Assembly: GCA_030390025.1 (NCBI GenBank)
Contig: JASTWF010000036.1
Location: 1,302,001-1,366,000 of the forward strand
DNA: 64,000 nucleotides
From: Squalus acanthias
Taxonomy: Eukaryota
Direction: 5' to 3'
Made by a program: the position numbers and the translations under genes. Numbering within the stretch: the stretch's first letter is position 1; the number at the start of each line of letters is the position of its first letter. Below the pieces are notes generated by a model that saw only the letters and a program-made list of their open reading frames with translations, made no database searches and had not been told where the DNA came from. Shown piece by piece: positions 25,132-35,821 of the stretch.

Positions 25132-25173
25132 TCACAAGCTTTCGGAGCTATCGATCGCCCCTTCCTCAGGTGA
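25132..25173 (-). ncRNA. Mirror copy of the hammerhead motif in the inverted PLE arm
   Basis: Exact reverse complement of 28393-28434. Confidence 0.75.
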
Positions 25174-25466
25174 AGTGAAGAGATACAGAATCGCCAAAGC
25201 ATATATAGATAGAGAACAATGCATGTGTTACTTACAAAAGCAGACGACTACATTTAAATCACCCTGACTGTTTATCTGCCGAGGTGTGACAAAAGGCAAT
25301 CAGGTCACATCAAAGACATAGCAAGATACAACTGAGACAATGAGGTGGAGCCACAGGGGGTCCAATGTGTCAAAAGCCGCAGTATGGGAAACGATAAACT
25401 TTAAAATTTTTACTTTTTTACTGGGAATCACATCTGTTAACAAGCCAACGATGACTCGAGTCTGGA

Positions 25467-26681
25467 TCACGTCATGTATCGTGACATAAACCCAAGATCC
25501 CGGTTGAGGCCATCCTCATGAGTGCGGAACTTGGCTATCAGTTTCTGCTCGATGATTTTGCGTTGTCGTGTGTTTCTAAGTCCGCCTTGGAGAACGCTTA
25601 CCCGCAGATCCGAGGCTGAATGTCCTTGACTGCTGAAGTGTTCCCCGACTGGGAGGGAACACTCCTGCCTGGCGATTGTTGCACGGTGTCCGTTCATACG
25701 TTGTCTCAGTGTCTGCATGGTCTCGCCGATGTACCATGCCGCGGTGCATTCTTTCCTGCAACGTATGAGGTAGACAACGTTGGCCGAGTCACATGAGTAT
25801 GTACCATGTACCTGGTGGGTAGTGTCCTCACGTGTGATGATGGTATCTGTGTTGATGATCTGGCATGTCTTGCAGAGGTTGCCGTGGCAGGGTTGTGTGG
25901 TGTCGTGGTCGCTGTTATCCTGAAAGCTGGGTAATTTGCTGCGAACGATGGTACTTCTGAGGTTAGGCGGCTGTTTGAAGGCAAGTAGTGGAGGCGTGGG
26001 GATGGCCTTAGCGAGGTGTTCGTCGTCATCGATGACATGTTGGAGGCTGCGAAGAACATGGCGTAGTTTCTCCGCTCCGGGGAAGTACTGGACGACGTAG
26101 GGTACCCTGTTGGTTGTGTCCCGTGTTTGCCTTCTGAGGAGGTCTATGCGATTTTTCGCTGTGGCCCGTCGGAACTGTCGATCGACGAGTCGAGCGTCAT
26201 ATCCCGTTCTTACGAGGGCGTTTTTCAGCGTCCGTAGGTGTCCATCGCGTTCCTCCTCGTCTGAGCAGATCCTGTGTATTCGCAGGGCTTGTCCATAGGG
26301 GATGGCTTTTTTAACGTGGTTAGGGTGGAAGCTGGAGAAGTGGAGCATCGTGAGGTTGTCCGTGGGCTTGCGGTAGAGTGAAGTGCTGAGGTGTCCGTCT
26401 TTGATGGAGATTCGTGTGTCCAGGAATGAAACCGATTCTGAGGAGTAGTCCATGGTGAGTTTGATGGTGGGATGGAACTTGTTTATGTTATCGTGTAGTC
26501 TTTTCAGTGATCCTTCACCATGGGTCCAAAGGAAGAAAATGTCGTCGATGTATCTGGTGTACAGCGTTGGCTGGAGGTCCTGTGCAGCGAAGAAGTCTTG
26601 CTCGAACTTGTGCATGAAGATGTTGGCGTATTGGGGTGCGAATTTGGTCCCCATGGCTGTTCCGTGTGCTTGGGTAAAAAA
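25467..26681 (-). CDS. Inverted second copy of the PLE RT C-terminal half plus GIY-YIG endonuclease
   Basis: Same protein from FFTQAHG onward, with 8 amino-acid differences visible in the ORF track. Confidence 0.85.
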   Translation of the reverse strand, partial: FFTQAHGTAMGTKFAPQYANIFMHKFEQDFFAAQDLQPTLYTRYIDDIFFLWTHGEGSLKRLHDNINKFHPTIKLTMDYSSESVSFLDTRISIKDGHLSTSLYRKPTDNLTMLHFSSFHPNHVKKAIPYGQALRIHRICSDEEERDGHLRTLKNALVRTGYDARLVDRQFRRATAKNRIDLLRRQTRDTTNRVPYVVQYFPGAEKLRHVLRSLQHVIDDDEHLAKAIPTPPLLAFKQPPNLRSTIVRSKLPSFQDNSDHDTTQPCHGNLCKTCQIINTDTIITREDTTHQVHGTYSCDSANVVYLIRCRKECTAAWYIGETMQTLRQRMNGHRATIARQECSLPVGEHFSSQGHSASDLRVSVLQGGLRNTRQRKIIEQKLIAKFRTHEDGLNRDLGFMSRYMT

Positions 26682-26685
26682 ATTC

Positions 26686-28098
26686 AGCACCCACGGACCA
26701 GTTGAACCAGGAACACTCCTCGCCACGATGGACGTATCGGCACTCTACACCAGTATCCCCCACGATGACGGCATCGCTGCGACAGCCTCAGTACTCAACA
26801 CCAACAACAGCCAATCTCCAGACGCCATCCTACAACTCATCCGCTTCATCCTTGACCACAATGTCTTCACCTTCGACAACCATTTTTTTACCCAAGCACA
26901 CGGAACAGCCATGGGGACCAAATTCGCACCCCAATACGCCAACATCTTCATGCACAAGTTCGAGCAAGACTTCTTCGCTGCACAGGACCTCCAGCCAACG
27001 CTGTACACCAGATACATCGACGACATTTTCTTCCTTTGGACCCATGGTGAAGGATCACTGAAAAGACTACACGATAACATAAACAAGTTCCATCCCACCA
27101 TCAAACTCACCATGGACTACTCCTCAGAATCGGTTTCATTCCTGGACACACGAATCTCCATCAAAGACGGACACCTCAGCACTTCACTCTACCGCAAGCC
27201 CACGGACAACCTCACGATGCTCCACTTCTCCAGCTTCCACCCTAACCACGTTAAAAAAGCCATCCCCTATGGACAAGCCCTGCGAATACACAGGATCTGC
27301 TCAGACGAGGAGGAACGCGATGGACACCTACGGACGCTGAAAAACGCCCTCGTAAGAACGGGATATGACGCTCGACTCATCGATCGACAGTTCCGACGGG
27401 CCACAGCGAAAAATCACATAGACCTCCTCAGAAGGCAAACACGGGACACAACCAACAGGGTACCCTACGTCGTCCAGTACTTCCCCGGAGCGGAGAAACT
27501 ATGCCATGTTCTTCGCAGCCTCCAACATGTCATCGATGACGACGAACACCTCGCTAAGGCCATCCCCACGCCTCCACTACTTGCCTTCAAACAGCCGCCT
27601 TACCTCAGAAGTACCATCGTTCGCAGCAAATTACCCAGCTTTCAGGATAACAGCGACCACGACACCACACAACCCTGCCACGGCAAACTCTGCAAGACAT
27701 GCCAAATCATCAACACAGATACCACCATCACACGTGAGGACACTACCCACCAGGTACATGGTACATACTCATGTGACTCGGCCAACGTTGTCTACCTCAT
27801 ACGTTGCAGGAAAGAATGCACCGCGGCATGGTACATCGGCGAGACCATGCAGACACTGAGACAACGTATGAACGAGCACCGCGCAACAATCACCAGGCAG
27901 GAGTGTTCCCTCCCAGTCGGGGAACACTTCAGCAGTCAAGGACATTCAGCCTCGGATCTGCGGGTAAGCGTTCTCCAAGGCGGACTTAGAAACACACGAC
28001 AACGCAAAATCATCGAGCAGAAACTGATAGCCAAGTTCCGCACTCATGAGGATGGCCTCAACCGGGATCTTGGGTTTATGTCACGATACATGACGTGA
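26686..28098 (+). CDS. PLE reverse transcriptase (N-truncated) plus Cys-rich linker and GIY-YIG endonuclease
   Basis: MDVSALYTSIP, GTAMGTKFAP.YAN, RYIDD, LYRKPT, PCHGKLCKTC, VVYLIRC...WYIGET...LRQRMNEH, GLNRD; frame is open upstream to an ATG at 26452 contributed by the inverted arm. Confidence 0.9.
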   Translation, partial: STHGPVEPGTLLATMDVSALYTSIPHDDGIAATASVLNTNNSQSPDAILQLIRFILDHNVFTFDNHFFTQAHGTAMGTKFAPQYANIFMHKFEQDFFAAQDLQPTLYTRYIDDIFFLWTHGEGSLKRLHDNINKFHPTIKLTMDYSSESVSFLDTRISIKDGHLSTSLYRKPTDNLTMLHFSSFHPNHVKKAIPYGQALRIHRICSDEEERDGHLRTLKNALVRTGYDARLIDRQFRRATAKNHIDLLRRQTRDTTNRVPYVVQYFPGAEKLCHVLRSLQHVIDDDEHLAKAIPTPPLLAFKQPPYLRSTIVRSKLPSFQDNSDHDTTQPCHGKLCKTCQIINTDTTITREDTTHQVHGTYSCDSANVVYLIRCRKECTAAWYIGETMQTLRQRMNEHRATITRQECSLPVGEHFSSQGHSASDLRVSVLQGGLRNTRQRKIIEQKLIAKFRTHEDGLNRDLGFMSRYMT

Positions 28099-28392
28099 TC
28101 CAGACTCGAGTCGTCGTTGGCTTGTTAACAGATGTGATTCCCAGTAAAAAAGTAAAATTTTTTAAAGTTTATCGTTTCCCATACTGCGGCTTTTGACACA
28201 TTGGACCCCCTGTGGCTCCACCTCATTGTCTCAGTTGTATCTTGCTATGTCTTTGATGTGACCTGATTGCCTTTTGTCACACCTCGGCAGATAAACAGTC
28301 AGGGTGATTTAAATGTAGTCGTCTGCTTTTGTAAGTAACACATGCATTGTTCTCTATCTATATATGCTTTGGCGATTCTGTATCTCTTTACT

Positions 28393-28434
28393 TCACCTGA
28401 GGAAGGGGCGATCGATAGCTCCGAAAGCTTGTGA
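28393..28434 (+). ncRNA. Minimal type I hammerhead ribozyme motif in the PLE 3' region
   Basis: Stem I TCAC/GTGA, core CTGAGGA (28397-403), stem II GGGGC/GCTCC, GAAA (28423-26), palindromic AGCT helix III. Confidence 0.75.
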
Positions 28435-28533
28435 TTTCAAATAAAACTGTTGGACTATAACCTAGTGTTGTGCGACTTCTCATTTTTGTCCACCCCAGTC
28501 CAACACCGGCATCTCCGCATCATGACCACTATC

Positions 28534-28890
28534 TTTGACAGAGTAGACAGAGAGAGAGTGTTTCCACTTGTGGGGAAGAGCAAAACTAGAGGCCATCAAT
28601 ATAAGATAGTCACCAAGAAATCCAATGGGGAATTCAGAAGAAACTTCTTTACCTAGAGAGTGGTGAGAATGTGGAACTCGCTACCACAGGGAGTGGTTGA
28701 AGCGAATCGCACAGATGCATTTAAGGGGAGGCTAGATAAGCATATGAGAGAGAAGGGAATAGAGGGTTATGCTGATAGATTTAGATGAGGAAAGACGGGA
28801 GGAGGCTCGAGTGGAGCATAAACGCTGGCATGGACTGGTTGGGCCGAATGGCCTGTTTCTGTGCCGTATATCCGATGTAATCCTGTGTAA
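28534..28890 (+). mobile_element. CR1 3' fragment (host of the PLE insertion; 5' part at about 25020-25078)
   Basis: FDRVDRERVFPLVGKSKTRGH...FRRNFFT and CR1-type tail. Confidence 0.8.
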
Positions 28891-29191
28891 TTCTAGGTGA
28901 TTTGCTAATTTCACAGCACTAAAATGCACTTTGTTCTTTTAAATAAAATATATCCCAGCTCCAAGTTGCACAAAACGCTCATAAGAAAGGCAAATGATGG
29001 TTGATCGCTCAAAGAGTGGCATTTCCACGGCCTTTACGTTCAAGTTTTGGAGTACGCGGGCGTCAAATCCAGTTAGACGCAGTAAGGCATGGAAACCGGC
29101 AGTGCGTCGCCCCACAACAATGTGGCACGTTTGGCACATGCCGGGAAGCTCAAGTTGAATGCGAGTGGGATTTTTTTCCCCCTTCCTATCT

Positions 29192-29672
29192 ACATAAGAA
29201 CATAAGAAATAGGAGCAGGAGTAGGCCATTTGGCCCCTCGAGCCTGCTCCGCCATTCAATAAGATCATGGCTGATCTTCTACCTCAACTCCACTTTCCTG
29301 CCCGCTCTCTCCCCATATCCCTTGACTCCCTTATCATTCAAAAATCTGTCTATCTCCACCTTAAATATATTCAATGACCCAGCCTCCACAGCTCTCTGGG
29401 GCAGAGAATTCCATAGATTCACGACCCTCAGAGAGAAGAAATTCCTCCTCAGTTCCGATTTAAAAGGGTGCCCCCTTATTCTGAAATTATGCCCCCTAGT
29501 TCTAGAATACCCCACGAGGGGAAACATCCTCTCTGCATCTATCCTCTCAAGCCCCTTCAGAATCTTATATGTTTCAATAAGATCACCTCTCATTCTTCTA
29601 AACTCCAATGAGTATAGGCCCAACCTGCTCAACCTTTCTTCATAAGACAACCCCTTCATCTCCGGAATCAAT
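29192..29672 (-). mobile_element. CR1 3' fragment
   Basis: ORF 29279-29671 IPEMKGLSYEERLSRLGLYSLEFRRMRGDL...; CR1 tail. Confidence 0.9.
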
Positions 29673-31246
29673 TCTTATTCGCTGCTGACAGCAGCTCCAA
29701 CGTCATCTACAATAGAGACGTAGCATGCTGGTGGCGTGGAAGGCAGGGTGTGTCACCAAGAGTGACTCCCAACAGCCGTGTTGTCCCTGGCAGCATAACT
29801 GGCCATTGGGCAACGGTTGGGACTGGCCCCAATTTTGGCCGCAGCAGACTGAGCAGTTTTTGTTTCATTTGTTACGAACATACGAAGGTGAAAAGACCAG
29901 TTGGCCCATCAAACCTGCCCCACACCATGAGGGCCGGAGCCTCACGTCTAATCACTTCCCTTCCTCCCTCCGTTCCTCCCTCCCCACCTCCCACTCACTC
30001 TCCGTGTAATCTCCTGGGAGAGGCGGAAAAAAAAACCAGAGGAAAAAACCCAGGGCCAATGAGGGAAAAAACACTCTGGGGAAATTCCTCTCCGACCTCC
30101 TCAGGTTCTCAAAACCAGTCCGGGAGATTGCACCTTCCTGGGATGTGGGCATCACTGGCGATTCTGCACTTCTTGCCCACCCCCTAGATGCCCTGAGAAG
30201 GTGGTGGATCTTCTGTAAAGATCTTTTTTAGAACTGGGCGTTACGAGTCAACCATGTCGTGTGGGACGGGAGTTGGGTGGAGGTCAGACCGAGTAGGGGT
30301 GGCACGGTCCCTTCCCTTGGTAAACCAGTTGGGCTTTTACGGCAATCTGGCAGCGAATCCATCAATTGCCAAATTTATTGAAGTCAATTTCACAGCTTGT
30401 CATGGTGGGATTTGAATTCATGACTTATCTGGGGTGCTAGTTCAGTCCCATAACCTCGACGCTACTGTGCTCTTTCCACTGATACCTGCACAGTACAAGC
30501 CAGCAGATTGGCTTTGCTCCCAGTGGCCTACCTTAGCCTCTCCCAGCCATTGACACGATTGAGGCCCTTTGGGGAAACTTTTCCCAAAGAGCGACCTAAA
30601 GCATTGTACATTCACGTATTGCACATGTGCAGGTGCTGAAACGGGGATCCGTCGCTGTAGAAACCACTTGCATTCTAAATAGGGTTGTTTCTACAGCATC
30701 GGCAGACGTCAGCATCGCAGAACCCTTTCCTGAGCAGTTCTGCAACAGATGCACCAGCAGTTGGCATTCCCAAACAGTGGCCGCGTTCTGCCAGCAAGCA
30801 TTGCAAGCCGACCTCTGCCTTCACCAGCCCGAGGACCAGTCTCCTTGTATCAGTATCAAATTGCGTGCAAAATAGTCAGTGACAGGTTCAGTCATCAGCA
30901 AAAACTTACCATTAACAGCCCGACGTACATGGAGGTGTCAGTGGTAGGTAAGTCAACCGAGTTGAATGAGGTGAATCATTTGTTCTTCCAACTTCCATTT
31001 ACACCTAGTTTATTGGTTACGATTTCAGGTGTTTTGTTTTGTCAAAACACATTTGGAGTCTCTGAATCATCTATTGATCTGATTTTGCGAAGCCGGGGAA
31101 TCTTGAGTTTGTTTGCCGTGGCAGGGCCTCTTGTGAGAGTTTTTTCTAGCTGATGGGCTAGGATGGGATGAATGGCCTTCCTCGTCCGGATCCATCTTGT
31201 GAATTCTACCCTCTGTGCCCGAGGACATGAAGGACATTGCCTGACG

Positions 31247-31530
31247 ACATAAGAGCATAAGAAATAGGAGCAGGAGTCGGCCATTCGGCCCCTCGAGCCT
31301 GCTCCGCCATTCAATAAGATCATGGCTGATCATCGACCTCAACTCCACTTTCCTGCCCGATCCCCATATCCCTTGATTCCCCGAGAGTCCAAAAATCTAT
31401 CGATCTCGGCCTTGAATATACTCAACAACTGAACATCCACAGCCCTCTGGGGCAGAGAATTCCAAAAATTCACCACCCTCTGAGTGAAGAAATTCCTCCT
31501 CATCTCAGTCCTAAATGGCCGACCCCTAAA
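31247..31530 (-). mobile_element. CR1 3' fragment
   Basis: RPFRTEMRRNFFTQRVV and CR1 tail. Confidence 0.9.
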
Positions 31531-32184
31531 TGGCCAACACAATGCACGCCCAAACTTTACAAACATCCCCTTTTTTTTGAGGGTCTCCGATCTTTGTGGA
31601 ATTCTGTGACGTGCAGGCTAGAATGACACGGTGACTGCTCCTCCACTTACACTGTGCAAAAAAATAAATAATGAGATGACATTCTGGCTGTCTTTGATGT
31701 CGAGCGAATTAAATCCAATTCACTGAAGACACAATCAGTCCTAGTGTGTAAGCTTGATGGCTGTTACTTTGCGCACACCAAGTATGAGCCTCCGGAGGTG
31801 GCACTGGATTGCAAGCCAGAAACTTTTGTTGGTACAAGAGTTGGCGTTGTGAAGTTGTGCTGCAGCTCGGGCTGGTGAGCACTCGGGAAGGCCTGGCTGA
31901 TCCTCATTCATGTCTGACTGCCAAGAAACATGCCATTGCAAATCAGGATTAAAGTCGGGATTGGGAGTTTCATCCACCGCATAGAAATAAGCAGTTAGCA
32001 TAATTATCCTGCCGTAGCTTGAAACGTTGCAGCTGGGAAACCGGGCAGCCATTTTGTGCACAGCGCGATCCCACGCCTGGTCAATCTGTGTTTTTTTTCC
32101 TGTGGTGTCGGCTCGGTTATCGGGAGCACGATCTGCTCTCTCTTGCTGTGTGGAGAGGCAAACTGGGCCCATCTGAACTGGCAT

Positions 32185-32350
32185 ACGGGGCCTCGGTTTG
32201 ATGTCTCATCCGATAGACGGCACCTCCGATGGTGCAGCGCTCCCTCAGGACTGCACTGGGAGTGTCAGCCTAGATTTTGTGCTCAAGTCTCTGGAGTGGG
32301 GCCACTACCTTCTGACTCAGAGGTGAAAGTGCTGCCTACTGAGCCACTGA
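32185..32350 (-). mobile_element. DeuSINE 5' part
   Basis: Homology to the head and Deu domain of the other copies. Confidence 0.65.
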
Positions 32351-32846
32351 TGCACTGCTATGTAGGCTTTAAAATGACGCTGTCCAACATTAGGACTAAA
32401 ATAAACAAGACTATTGCCTCTATTAAATAGTGAACACAAGTATTTGGTACATGAGCATTCATAAGCTAATATTGTACAACATAAGACCTGAGTCATTAGA
32501 TTTCCAAGAGGTGATGCTGCCTTTAGGTAAGATTCAGCAGTGGCATGACTGTATCTTGGTGCTGAACATTAAATACTGGATGATTGTACATATTATGCTT
32601 GCAGTGGAATTTTGTCCTTTGGTACCTTGGAGTTCTGTGCTTTCATAATAGAAAAGTAGCGTATAATTCTGAATTCAAGGTTGCCTCCTTGAAGCTTGTT
32701 TCTCCCCTCCTCTCCTGAAGGCGCTGACTCTTGCACTCCCAGCGGAGCCAGCAGCCCGACAGGACAGTATTCATGTGCGACCTCAGAGTTAACAAGTGCC
32801 AGCGGGTTGTTTGACTGCAAAGGCATCACTGTGCGAGGCTGAGATT

Positions 32847-33316
32847 AAGAAAGAAAGAAAATCTTGCATCTATATAGCGCCTTTCACGACCTCAGGACGC
32901 CCCAAAGCGCTTCACAGCCAATGAAGTGCTTTTTGAAGTGGAGTCACTGTTGTAATGTAGGAAACGTGGCAGTCAATTTGCGCACAGCAAGCTCCCACAA
33001 ACAGCAATGTGATAATGACCAGATCATCTGTTTTGAGTGATGTTGGTTGAGGGATACATATTGACCAGGACACTGGGGAGAGCTCCCCTGCTCTTCTTCA
33101 AAATAGTGCCATGGGATCTTTTACGTCCACCTGAGAGAGCAGACGGGGCCTCGGTTTAACGTCTCATCCAAAAGACGGCACCTCCGACAGTGCAGCACTC
33201 CCTCAGCACTGCACTGGGAGCGTCAGCCTGGATTATGTGTTCAAGTCTCTGGAGTGGGACTTGAACCCACAACCTTCTGACTCAGGCGAGAGTGCTACCC
33301 ACTGAGCCACGGCTGA
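32847..33316 (-). mobile_element. Full-length DeuSINE (SacSINE1-like)
   Basis: tRNA-like head with A/B boxes, Deu domain, tail ending (TTTC)n. Confidence 0.9.
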
Positions 33317-33396
33317 TATGGCTGAGTAGATTGCACTTCACTCAACATCAAACCAATCTCAACTCAAGGGTATAACACAGGTTACCCAAAGCCAAT

Positions 33397-33558
33397 GGGG
33401 TAGACCTTGCCTTTGTGTGATAATGTAAAATGGGTGAGAGTGAGATGGCAGGCTGTTTTACGTCTCTCCCGAGTTCTATTTCCGTCGAATTAAAAGTGGG
33501 GCGAGATGCGAAACATGCTGCCCGCTTTACACTGTCGCACAAAGGCAAGATCTGGCCC
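33397..33558. mobile_element. Palindromic MITE (PIF/Harbinger-like)
   Basis: About 38-bp imperfect TIRs GGGGTAGACCTTGCCTTTGTGTGATAATGTAAAATGGG / CCCGCTTTACACTGTCGCACAAAGGCAAGATCTGGCCC. Confidence 0.6.
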
Positions 33559-35821
33559 ACTGGGCATAAAAAGTGGAAGTGTTCCATTGCTCATCAGTAG
33601 CCTGTCTCTTCGAAGAGAGTTCCTCAGCACTGACCACCCATTGGACACCTCTCCTGATGTTCTGTTCCACAGCGGAGAGGGAAATCGGGAGAGGCGTATT
33701 AGAGACGTCGATTCAATATCACCCGTTCTACAAGATGGGCGGAAGTTAAAATGACCCCCAAATGTCTTCCCTGGACCTGTGTGACCTGGAGTTGTAAATA
33801 ATTATTCAAATGAGTTCAGACCAGAATTGAGTGCTAATTGCAATTGACCTTTCAGGCTGGATTAGCACCGATTCTAAACAATTTTGAACCAATTTAGATT
33901 TAGAAAATTGGTGTCATGAGATAAGGCCCAGTTTTTGCACTTGGCTCAAAAGCTCATTCCAGTCCAAAGGGGAATGATATGTTTATATAACATCTCCTAA
34001 TTAAAAAGTCCTATGTGGAGATTTTTTTTAAAGTTTCCCTCGGGTGATGCAGCTCCAGCAAGCAGGGTGACATTCTGAAGAAAAGGGAGGCTGCAAAAGG
34101 TTTGTCAGGAACAGAAAGTGGCTGCTCACAGGAAACGCCCAAGAGGAATTTCTACTTCAATGTCACCCTCCTTTGCTCGAGCTACATCCCACATGAGGAA
34201 AACGAAAAAAAAAATTGTTTTAATTAGGAGATGTTGGATCAGAATAATAGGTTCCAGGTAATGATTAAGCAGAAGCAGATGTTTCTCTGCGTCACTGGCT
34301 GTCCTGCATTTGCTTCCTAGATTTCTGTGTCCTTTCAGTGAGCAGGGTGACATCCTCTGATACTTCTGGCCACACTCGGCAAATGAAAGGTGCTCATTCT
34401 GAGCTGGGTGTGCGGGTGAAGTGCTAAAAATGAATCTGTGCTGGGAGCGAGAGATCAGAGGTGTGTTTGGTGTCTTAAACAGAAGTTGCGTTGGAGCTTG
34501 ACATTTCCTTTGAACTGTGATGCGTGCTGCCCGTGCTGACACTGAATCCCCATTTCTCCACGTAGATAATAGTTCGACGTTTGCGGTCTGGTGCCAGACT
34601 GATTCCAACTGGAAGGGAGCTCTGGAATGCAAAACTTTCCGTCACCTGAGCAGCTTTGATCATTTAATATATTTCTCTCAGAGTTGCCACTTCCTCGTCA
34701 TCCGAAAGACAATGCGCGGGGTAGAGTTCCCGCCTTGGGCGCAAATTCAACTGTGCCCGCTTTGAGACGGGTTTTCTTTTCCCCCCGCGTTTCCGCGCAA
34801 TCTCATTTGCATACCACCGAACGCAAAATCTGCCCTGAACCAGCGCAATCTGGCAGCTTTTTCGAGCGTAATCTTTTAAAAAAATATATTTTTGCTTCAA
34901 AAAATATTCCATGCTAGATTTAACAGTGGGAACTTGGTGCAGTTTGATTAACACACCTGAAAATGGGTTTATCACAGAAAATAAGCATTTTAATTGGAGT
35001 GGCAAGTCCACCACCTCTGAGTAGCCCGATGTTAAATGACTGAAAATGACTTTAAAAAGCTATACAGAGCCCATTTGCTAGTTATAATGGTGTACAGTAG
35101 TCAGTTCTTTAGTACATTAAAAAATAATTACACTCAGCTTTTAAAATGGGCGCAGTTAGCGGAAACTCGCCATGGTGATTAATTCGATCTGGCGGGATGG
35201 CCAGTTTTGTGGGCAGGGCAGGTGTCGAACGCGATGTTTTTTAAACCAGCGCAAGAGATCACGGAAACTCGAGCTGCGCCGAACGTAATTTGCACTTAAA
35301 ATTCCGCCATCTTTTGCGCTGGTTCCGCCGGATTTCGGGCGAATTGCGTCAAAAAAAAAACCAGCGCAACCGAGCAGAAACTCCAGGCCACGAGGTATGA
35401 GCAGATACGCACAGTCTCTTGAAGAACCGGAGACCCCTTCTTTCCACACACACACAGTCCTAAGGGGAGCTAATATTCTTCCCTTCTCCCAGTGTATTGG
35501 ATTCCGTACGCCGACAACATATATTCTGCTGAACAACCTCATTCTTGTGTTCACTTGAAAATAAATAAGCTCTCATGAGGCTTTTCCAAGATCCAATAAG
35601 AACAAAAAACAACACCATAGCACAGAGGTATCTTTGACTTAAATCTTACTCTGCATAGATCAGTCCTGGCTGCTGACTGTGCACTAATGGGTGAACTTAT
35701 TGACTTCCACAGAACCTTCTTGTTAGTCAAGAAACCTCCAGATTGCGACACAATAATAAATCCCATTTGCAACACAAACTGTTCATTCTGTTCCCACAAT
35801 GATGCATTATATCCTCCCTCT

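Larger units (their letters stand above)
25079..28533. mobile_element. Penelope-like element (PLE), 5'-truncated, with inverted duplication
   Basis: 25079-26683 is the reverse complement of 26882-28487; 12-bp TSD TTTGACAGAGTA at 25067-25078 and 28534-28545; RT and GIY-YIG ORFs. Confidence 0.95.

Noticed and set aside
25079..28533. DNA transposon with 1.6-kb TIRs, or an assembly fold-back
   Set aside because: The arms encode RT and GIY-YIG, the ends are asymmetric by 46 nt, the arms differ at several sites and a TSD is present, all fitting a PLE inversion.
30697..30882. Possible terminal coding exon after TTGTTTCTACAG
   Set aside because: A plausible acceptor with short open frames, but no recognisable protein and no partner exons; needs RNA-seq or a homology search.
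34717..35390. One or two further MITEs with GGG..GAGTT.CCGC-like ends
   Set aside because: Inverted similarity is partial and I could not fix the ends or a TSD by eye.
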